From: a virus
Taxonomy: Duplodnaviria; Caudoviricetes
Length of the DNA: 64,000 bases
Reading direction: 5' to 3' (one strand)
Virus record (IMG/VR): IMGVR_UViG_2751185828_000002
A program made the position numbers and the translations under genes. Under the pieces are notes generated by a model, which was not told the DNA's origin, made no database searches, and was given only the letters and a program-made list of their open reading frames with translations. This document shows, piece by piece, positions 57,786 to 64,000 of the stretch; position 1 is the first letter of the stretch; the number at the start of each line of letters is the position of its first letter.

Positions 57786-57939
57786 TTCACACCCAATCCG
57801 CGAGAATCCAACCCAAAATCATGACCTTGCGGCTCACGCCCGGAACGCTGACCGGGGACAGGATGGACACCATGTATCGCACTTTGGGCGCATTCGTAAA
57901 CCAGTAATGCCAGACGCACGGCTTCGAAGAAGAAGAGAT

Positions 57940-58902
57940 TTAAAGGGCCATTCGGCTCTGTCGTTGCTCGAAGACATGCTTTTCGCCCGCCATTATGCGG
58001 CGATGAAGGTCAACGAGATCAGTTCCCTCGTCCGCGAACCGAAACGCGGATGCAGCGATGTAATCCCGCCTCTCCTCGAACGCCAGCCAACGGCGGCCCT
58101 CACGCTCCGCGACCTCCCCAGTCGTGTTGGAACCAGCGAAGATGTCGAGAACGGTATCTCCGGGGTCTGTCAAGAATCGGATGAAGAACTCCGGCAACCT
58201 TCCGGGGAACCGGGCAGGGTGGCCTTTCTCGCCAGTGGCCTTACATCCCGCCATATACCGGCCATTCGACTCGCTATTGGGGAAGGAAAGCAGGTTGGGC
58301 GGTATGGCCCCACCGTTGTCCTTTCCAAACCCAGCCCCGATGTCGTGCCCGGAAGGGCGAACTTTTGGCGTGTAGAACTTTGCCGGGTCCTCGATTAATT
58401 TCTTCATCCGCTCGGAATAAGGAGTAAGGACATTGGCGACATTGGCCTTGGGCCATGCCGTCTTCGAGAGCCACCACACGGTGTTCACGCTGTCTTTGGT
58501 TCGAATCTTACGCTTATTCACCCACTCGATTGGAGAAGGCAATTTTGAAGGGTTATGCCAGTAAAATTCTTCGGCCAGCGAGAAGCCGATCTCGTCCACG
58601 AATTTCAGGAGGACACGGAACGGATAGAGCGAGCGCACGGGCACGCCCCGCTCGTAGGCTCCGCCTATGTCGATGACGAACGAGCCGTCGGGCGTAAGTT
58701 TCTGGAAAACAAGGGCCCCAAACTCCGCCAGCCAATCGACATACTCGTGCTGTTCCGCGTTGCCATACTCTTTCTTCCGAAGGAGGGCGAACGGGGGCGA
58801 TGTTATGACAAGGTTCACCGAGTCGTCGGGCAGGCCCCGGAGGAGGTCCCGTGAGTCGCCTACGAAGGCCTGGCCGTAGTGTGTGCGGTAAGCGAGGGTC
58901 AT
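57940..58902 (-). CDS. pvuIIM: N4-cytosine methyltransferase, M.PvuII homologue
   Basis: TSPPFAL.RKKEYGN.EQHEYVDW, NPSKLPSPIEWVNKRKIR, RPSGHDIG, HPARFP, DIFAGSNTTG are nearly identical to recalled M.PvuII segments. Confidence 0.95.
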   Translation of the reverse strand: MTLAYRTHYGQAFVGDSRDLLRGLPDDSVNLVITSPPFALLRKKEYGNAEQHEYVDWLAEFGALVFQKLTPDGSFVIDIGGAYERGVPVRSLYPFRVLLKFVDEIGFSLAEEFYWHNPSKLPSPIEWVNKRKIRTKDSVNTVWWLSKTAWPKANVANVLTPYSERMKKLIEDPAKFYTPKVRPSGHDIGAGFGKDNGGAIPPNLLSFPNSESNGRYMAGCKATGEKGHPARFPGRLPEFFIRFLTDPGDTVLDIFAGSNTTGEVAEREGRRWLAFEERRDYIAASAFRFADEGTDLVDLHRRIMAGEKHVFEQRQSRMAL

Positions 58903-58906
58903 ACGC

Positions 58907-58932
58907 TACTCATAGGCTGTAGACTCATAGTC
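58907..58932 (+). promoter_or_regulatory. Tandem C-boxes
   Basis: TACTCATAGGC-TGTA-GACTCATAGTC fits the GACT-N3-AGTC-TGTA-GACT-N3-AGTC C.PvuII-type operator, between the divergent M and C starts. Confidence 0.85.
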
Positions 58933-58955
58933 GGCAATAGCTTCTTCCTCGGGCG

Positions 58956-59189
58956 GTGAAACAAGACACTCCCCTTGCCAGAAAACTGTTCGCGAACAAC
59001 GTCCGCCGGGAGCGGGCAGCTCGTGGCTGGTCGCAGGAGGTGCTCGCCGACGCTGCCGGGCTTCACCGAACCTATATCGGGTCGGTCGAGAGATGTGAAC
59101 GAAACATCTCCATAGACAACATCGCTCGTGTCGCCGCCGCCTTCGGGGTGTCTCCGGATGCTCTGTTGAGGGACAATGAGGACGAATAG
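58956..59189 (+). CDS. pvuIIC: Controller (C) protein, XRE HTH
   Basis: [31 protein letters not shown]; overlaps the start of the R gene as in PvuII. Confidence 0.9.
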   Translation: MKQDTPLARKLFANNVRRERAARGWSQEVLADAAGLHRTYIGSVERCERNISIDNIARVAAAFGVSPDALLRDNEDE

Positions 59190-59760
59190 GTTTAGGCCAC
59201 ACGCCGACGCGGAAGAACTTAAACGGCTTTGGCCGGCCGTCTGCAAATACCAGGAACTTGCGGCACGACATGGCATCGACGACATCTTCCAAGACAACGG
59301 GGGAAAGTTGCTGCAAGTCCTTCTGCTGCTGGGACTGACAACAATTCCGGGCCGGGAAGGAAACGACGCGATGGACGCGGCGGGACTTCAATACGAGTTG
59401 AAGTCGGTGAACCTAAACCTGACCGGCTCCTTCTCGACGCATCATCACATGAATCCGGTCATCATCCGGAAATACCGGGAAGTCGAATGGATCTTCGGAG
59501 TCTACCAGAATATCGAGCTGAAATCAGTTTATCTGCTCTCCCCGATGGATATGGAGCCTTATTACACGAAGTGGGAGGCGAAATGGCACGCGTCTGGCGG
59601 CAAGGACATTAACAATCCGAAGATCCCAGTCTCATACGTCACAAGCGTTGGAAAGCTTATCTGGGGCGCGGCGCCGCCGAAGGTCGTGCGGGTGAAGCGC
59701 GTGCCCACCAATCCGCGCAAAAAACCGCAGAACCCAGAACTGCCGGATGGCACGGAATAA
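59176..59760 (+). CDS. pvuIIR: Type II restriction endonuclease, R.PvuII homologue (predicted CAGCTG)
   Basis: [54 protein letters not shown] match recalled R.PvuII. Confidence 0.95.
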   Translation: MRTNRFRPHADAEELKRLWPAVCKYQELAARHGIDDIFQDNGGKLLQVLLLLGLTTIPGREGNDAMDAAGLQYELKSVNLNLTGSFSTHHHMNPVIIRKYREVEWIFGVYQNIELKSVYLLSPMDMEPYYTKWEAKWHASGGKDINNPKIPVSYVTSVGKLIWGAAPPKVVRVKRVPTNPRKKPQNPELPDGTE

Positions 59761-59880
59761 TATCTTGCTGCGTGGTGCGATAAGGTAGAGCGCCGTTTTT
59801 TTCCAGAGGCTGAAAGCCTTGGTTGGGGTTTCGAAAGGGGGAAAATACCGTTAGGGATTTTCGCCCCTTCGCCGGAGATA

Positions 59881-59926
59881 CATAACGGAGCCCCTTGGGG
59901 CGTAGTTATGTATAGTAGGTTATGAT
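59881..59926 (+). promoter_or_regulatory. Candidate MOB_V oriT / RSA site
   Basis: CATAAC...GTTATG inverted repeat with inner CCCC-TT-GGGG, then TATAGTAGGTTAT (cf. pMV158-family TATAGTGTGTTAT), directly before the relaxase ATG. Confidence 0.6.
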
Positions 59927-61351
59927 ATGGCGAAGCCACCACTTAATGAGATTGCCAAAGGCAATCCCCGTGCCGCGTCAACGCGGCTGGCCCTTCTTAA
60001 TGTTGCCCGCCTCGCGGGTCAACGAAAACATGACCTGCGGATTGGCGCGAAGCAGCCCGCTTATATCGATCCCGACAGGAAAGAGCTTAATCGGTTCCTC
60101 ATCCCTCACGCGACACCGGCGGCAATGAGAACGCTATGTGAAGGGCGACGCGCAATCCGGGACACGCGGCGCAAGATGAAGCGCAACGCGGCGGTGGCAG
60201 CAGGCGGGATCATCACGTTCGGGGCGGAGGCGGCGGCTCTTTTTGCCGCGTTGAAGCCGGAACAGCAGGACGCCGCTTTCATCGATCTGGCGCACGAGAT
60301 CGCGGAACGGCTTAACACCACGCTTCACGGCCTGACCGTTCATCTGGACGAGTCGACGATCCACGCTCACTATCAACTTGCGGCCTACGACAAGGACGGG
60401 GTGCCGCTCTCGCGGTCCACGGCCCCGCGCGTCATGTCATGTCTTCAAGACCTGACGGCGGAGGTGATGGCCCGCCATTGCCCCGGGATCGAGCGGGGGC
60501 ACAGATACGGCGAGCGGATCGAGAACGGAGCGGATTTCCGGGACACGCTTCACCGCTCCGTGCAGGAACTCCATCGTGACCTTCCCCGCGATCTGGCGGC
60601 GAAGCGCGCGGAGGTGGAGGAACTGGCCGCCGCCGTGGCAGACGCGCAAGCGCGCGTTGACGAGATTGAGGCGCGCGTCAGCAAACTGAGAGAGAAGGCC
60701 GAACTGTCGGACAGGGAGGCGAAGCGGCTCGCGACATACGAGAAGCGGCTTGCTGACCGAGTGGCGGAACTTGAAGCGGCCCAAGCGGCGGCAGAGAGCG
60801 CCAAGTCCGAGGCTGACCGGCTCGCCGGGATCGCCCGTCAGGAGGCCCAGACGGCGGCGCAGACGCGTGATGAGGCGACGGCGGAGGCCGAGGCGGCCAG
60901 GGCGACGGCCGCGCGCGTCGTGGGGGCTTTGACCGTTCTCGCGGAGGAAGCCGCCGCCGGAACGATCTCGCGCAACCCCGAAACAGGCAGGGTTCAGGCG
61001 CTAAACCCGGAGGGCCTGAAATCGGGTTATCCCGAGTTGAGACCCGCCGTGATCGCCACCGCCGACGCGATGACCGCCAAGAAGCGTCTCGAAGTAGAGG
61101 CCGCAGCAGACCGCCGCAAGGCCGCCAAAGAACTTGAAGAGGCAGAGGCGGCTCGCAAGGCGGCGGAAGATGCGTGGGAGGAGGTGAGGGGCCTCCGTAA
61201 GCGTCTTCGCAACGCTCTGCGGGCTATCAAGTCTTGGTTGACGCGTCCTGACCTCCCCACCGCTGCGAAATGCGCCGGGGAGGCGCTTGTGAAGGTGATC
61301 GAAGAGGAACCACGCATGACCGATAATATCAACGAAGCATTAAGCCCATAA
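59927..61351 (+). CDS. MobV/Pre family relaxase (plasmid recombination enzyme)
   Basis: KHDLR (catalytic His), GIITFG, VHLDESTIHAH (HxDE/HxH), long coiled-coil C-terminus. Confidence 0.9.
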   Translation: MAKPPLNEIAKGNPRAASTRLALLNVARLAGQRKHDLRIGAKQPAYIDPDRKELNRFLIPHATPAAMRTLCEGRRAIRDTRRKMKRNAAVAAGGIITFGAEAAALFAALKPEQQDAAFIDLAHEIAERLNTTLHGLTVHLDESTIHAHYQLAAYDKDGVPLSRSTAPRVMSCLQDLTAEVMARHCPGIERGHRYGERIENGADFRDTLHRSVQELHRDLPRDLAAKRAEVEELAAAVADAQARVDEIEARVSKLREKAELSDREAKRLATYEKRLADRVAELEAAQAAAESAKSEADRLAGIARQEAQTAAQTRDEATAEAEAARATAARVVGALTVLAEEAAAGTISRNPETGRVQALNPEGLKSGYPELRPAVIATADAMTAKKRLEVEAAADRRKAAKELEEAEAARKAAEDAWEEVRGLRKRLRNALRAIKSWLTRPDLPTAAKCAGEALVKVIEEEPRMTDNINEALSP

Positions 61352-61373
61352 GTGAACATCCCGAGTGTTCACT
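61351..61373. repeat. Inverted repeat AGTGAACA-N7-TGTTCACT between the convergent mob and rep 3' ends
   Basis: Perfect 8-bp arms; same TGAACA/TGTTCA core as the array at 62065-62133. Confidence 0.7.
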
Positions 61374-61394
61374 TGTGAGACGAATTGTGACAGT

Positions 61395-61985
61395 TTACTC
61401 GAATGCTTCCGCCAGTTCTGCGATGAGGTCGGAAATCGGGTCAGCCTCCGATTTCTTCACCGGAGTCTTTTTGCCTCTTCGGGTCGTCTTCTGTTTCGTC
61501 GCTGTTGGCTTCTTCGTGTCCCTCATTCCCAGCATCCGGACCTGCGTTTCAAGTGCTTCTGTGTCTCGCCGCAAAACGAGAGACTGCGTGTGAAACGCGG
61601 CATACTTCTTGTTCTTGTCCGCGCTCTTCCACACTTCTTCCGGGTTCATCGCGTAAATGAATGCCCCCGTTCCCATCTTGAAGCGCACAACAACCCCGTT
61701 GTTAACCAGAAATTCCGCTGCCCTGCGTGCTGTCATTTTTGAGATGCCGAGCGCCTCCGCCATCGTGTCGTAAGATACACACACCGCTCCTCCGAGAGGC
61801 GCGATATGCTTCGCCAAAAACGCATACAAGCGCGCTACATGCGGGCTTTTGGAAGGCAGGCTCAACATGACATCCCATCCTTTTGGATAAACCTGAACAA
61901 AGTCCCGATTTTTCTGCTCGGTTTCCGCAACTACCTCTTCCGCATGCGATGTGAGAATTTCCTCATGTCTCATTGCTGTCTCCAT
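61395..61985 (-). CDS. wHTH replication protein, pBBR1-Rep / RepL-like
   Basis: FVQ...ARLYAFL...AVCVSYDTMAEALGISKMTARRA..L...YAMNPEEVW aligns with recalled pBBR1 Rep (WVQ...AVVVSQKTL..LIG.S.RTV...YVVN.RVAW). Start may be 61973. Confidence 0.7.
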   Translation of the reverse strand: METAMRHEEILTSHAEEVVAETEQKNRDFVQVYPKGWDVMLSLPSKSPHVARLYAFLAKHIAPLGGAVCVSYDTMAEALGISKMTARRAAEFLVNNGVVVRFKMGTGAFIYAMNPEEVWKSADKNKKYAAFHTQSLVLRRDTEALETQVRMLGMRDTKKPTATKQKTTRRGKKTPVKKSEADPISDLIAELAEAFE

Positions 61986-62064
61986 GTTAAAGGTCGGCTC
62001 TTCAATCGAATCGTCACAAGTCTGTCAACATAAATTACAGAATTCGAAAAATTTGAGTTTCGGA

Positions 62065-62133
62065 GTGTTCATCTGGTGAACACTTCGGGTGTTCACAGCT
62101 ATGAACACTCGGAGTGTTCACAACTGTGAACAC
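62065..62133. repeat. Three tandem palindromes GTGTTCA-N5/6-TGAACAC upstream of rep (iteron/operator-like)
   Basis: Units at 62065-83, 62089-108 and 62114-133 (24-25 bp period), flanked by AT-rich DNA. Confidence 0.85.
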
Positions 62134-62659
62134 ATGCTTTGTCACAACTCATTGAATTAAAAAGATTCTTGATTGAGGCTTCTTTATTCTCCTCTTAACC
62201 GAAACAGCCTGCGGCTTTTTCCGGTCAAGAGGAGCCTCCGGGGACACCCCGGACCCCGTTTTCTCAAAATAAAACAAGGGGATGGGATGGGCGGAGGCTC
62301 TGTCGGAGGCGGCGTTGGCGCCATCGTCAAGGCAGGCTGTTTCGGTGTGTCGCGTGGAGTGCCCAACGCCTTGGCCACTCCACGCGACCCGCCGCGCGCG
62401 TCCGCGCGCGGGAAGTGCCGCCCGGCTCGCCGGGCGGCAGAAAAAGGACGCAGAAGAGCGTGCGAAATATACTCTTCGAACAGTCACCTGAAATCAGGTG
62501 ACGAAGGCGTTTTCCTGCGGAGCAAGAAAATTTTTTAGCGTCAGGAGAGTCTCTGGTGGCCTCTGGCGGGCGGATGCTCGCCCGAGCGCCAAAATCGCTC
62601 ATCCTGACGGCTGTGAGGCGCGAAAAAACCCGTGAATTCGTTACAGGGAGAGGGATTGG

Positions 62660-64000
62660 TCAAAAGACGCGGGGCAGAGCCTCCACGGCGGCGCGAAGCG
62701 CGGTGATAGGCGCGCGTCCTCCATAACGGTCATCCTCAATGTCACCGACAAGGTGGCCGAACAACTCGGCCCGGACATGCTTCTCAACATCGGACTCGGC
62801 ACGAAGCCCCTGAACGGCGTAGTGCCGGAAGGAGTGAAACGACTTCTTGGCCTGAGGGCCAAGCATGTCGTTTTGGATATTTCGCCAGAGGTAAGCGGTT
62901 GAGTCACCGATTTGAGACTTGGGACTCTTGCGGTTCAGGTCATGAAACAGGTTCGTGCGGTCCTTCATCCGCTGTTCGCGCACATAGTCGAGAAAGCCCA
63001 GGTCGATGAGGTGCGAGTGGATCGGGATGCGGCGTTGGGACTGGGCGTTTTTCAGGCCGCGCCGGGCGTTGGGCCGGACGATGATGACGGGAACGCCGTC
63101 CTCCTCGTCAATGTCGGCGGTTTCCAGCCCGCAAATCTCCTCACGGCGTGCGCCGGTGTATGCGGCGATGAGCGGAACCCAGTAAAGCCAGTCCTTGACG
63201 ACGATTTCACCGGGGTCGCGGCGACGCTTTGCGCTCTTCGCGCCGGTCCAGACCGGCGCGGCGAAGATCCGCTTCACATCGTCGGGCGTGAACGGGTCGC
63301 GGTCGTCCTTGGCGTTTTTCTTCTCAAAACGCCGCAAAAGGGAGGGGTTCACGGACGGGTCAACGCGGATGCCTTCGGATTGCGCCCCTTTGAAAACCTT
63401 GCCCAACTGGATGAGATTTCGGTTGACGGTGGCGGCGGATAGCCCGGTTTCCGCGCCGGTCGCCTCCGCTTCCGCGATGATGGCGGCGATGGGCTTATCT
63501 CGCTCGGCGGCGGATCGGCGGTAGGTGGGCGGAAGTCGGTCCATCGCGTCCACGAAGGCTGCGATGTGGTGCTGACGCACGGCCCGCACATCATCAACTC
63601 CGGTGATCTCGACAAACAGCGCCGCGATGCCCGTGAACTGCTCAATCGACTTGTCCGATGCCCGCCCGGTGCGCTTGTGAACCCTCGAAAGCCGCTGAAC
63701 CGCGTCCATTATGAGGGGTGAGGCGCCGGAGGGCGTCTGGGGCGTCTGTGCGGCCCTCTGGGGCCGCTCCACGGCCTTCACGGGGCCAGATTGGCCGAAG
63801 GGCGTCAAGGGCGCTGAATCGGGGGGAGATGAGGGCGCTACGGGCGCTTTCGGGGACGCAGAGCGGGAATGCCGCTTCTTGGGCGGCTCCGGCTCCTCGT
63901 CCGGCTCCTCGCCGCTGATGAAGAAAAAGAAGAAGTCATGCCCTCCCGGTCGTGCGTTCTCGGGGTCTCCGCCCGCGTCCTCGTAATCGAGGGCCAGCAT
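62660..64000 (-). CDS. Tyrosine recombinase/integrase (5' end outside window)
   Basis: AYTGARREEI (R), KNAQSQRRIP (K), FHSFRH (HxxR), LFGH, DRYGG (Y). Confidence 0.95.
   Translation of the reverse strand: MLALDYEDAGGDPENARPGGHDFFFFFISGEEPDEEPEPPKKRHSRSASPKAPVAPSSPPDSAPLTPFGQSGPVKAVERPQRAAQTPQTPSGASPLIMDAVQRLSRVHKRTGRASDKSIEQFTGIAALFVEITGVDDVRAVRQHHIAAFVDAMDRLPPTYRRSAAERDKPIAAIIAEAEATGAETGLSAATVNRNLIQLGKVFKGAQSEGIRVDPSVNPSLLRRFEKKNAKDDRDPFTPDDVKRIFAAPVWTGAKSAKRRRDPGEIVVKDWLYWVPLIAAYTGARREEICGLETADIDEEDGVPVIIVRPNARRGLKNAQSQRRIPIHSHLIDLGFLDYVREQRMKDRTNLFHDLNRKSPKSQIGDSTAYLWRNIQNDMLGPQAKKSFHSFRHYAVQGLRAESDVEKHVRAELFGHLVGDIEDDRYGGRAPITALRAAVEALPRVF

Larger units (their letters stand above)
57786..64000. 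mobile_element. Integrative mobilisable plasmid-like element (Rep + MobV + tyrosine integrase) carrying PvuII-like R-M; right end outside window
   Basis: Gene content, lower GC, and boundary at the tRNA 3' fragment. Confidence 0.8.

Noticed and set aside
63918-63936. GAA repeat giving FFFFF in the integrase ORF
   Set aside because: A short trinucleotide run in a variable linker near the window edge; the frame stays open and there is no evidence for phase variation.
1-64000. CRISPR array, rRNA, or diversity-generating retroelement
   Set aside because: No regularly spaced repeat-spacer array, no rRNA-like sequence, and no reverse transcriptase (YxDD) ORF or adenine-variant repeat pair was seen.

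Overview
GC-rich alphaproteobacterial (Rhodobacteraceae-like) accessory region built from four nested or adjacent mobile blocks; no core housekeeping genes are visible. (1) 1-27.7 kb, + strand: right part of a decaying siphovirus prophage. It has a replication tail end, two DNA methyltransferase loci (one a two-polypeptide overlapping-frame C5 MTase), a lambda-like terminase/portal, a fused protease-capsid, a GTA-like tail (DUF2460/DUF2163/NlpC/megatron), lysis genes and an antisense low-GC caspase-fold moron. (2) 27.7-38.7 kb: an intact R-M-like defence cluster, vsr / dcm / XRE-HTH+SF2-Z1 / PD-(D/E)XK / GHKL ATPase / two unknown genes. A palindrome-overlapped promoter sits in front of the effector operon. 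This is the best candidate for an undescribed system. (3) 39.3-57.0 kb, - strand: remnant of a Mu-like prophage with a deleted tail tube/tape-measure region. It retains a frameshifted giant tail-tip gene, an Acb2-like anti-CBASS gene and a MuF-PBECR nuclease. (4) 57.8->64 kb: a small pBBR1-like (Rep + MobV) element with a tyrosine integrase, bounded by a tRNA 3'-end fragment and carrying a complete PvuII-like R-M system with its C-box. Family assignments come from motifs read in the translations plus recalled family knowledge; no database search was run.
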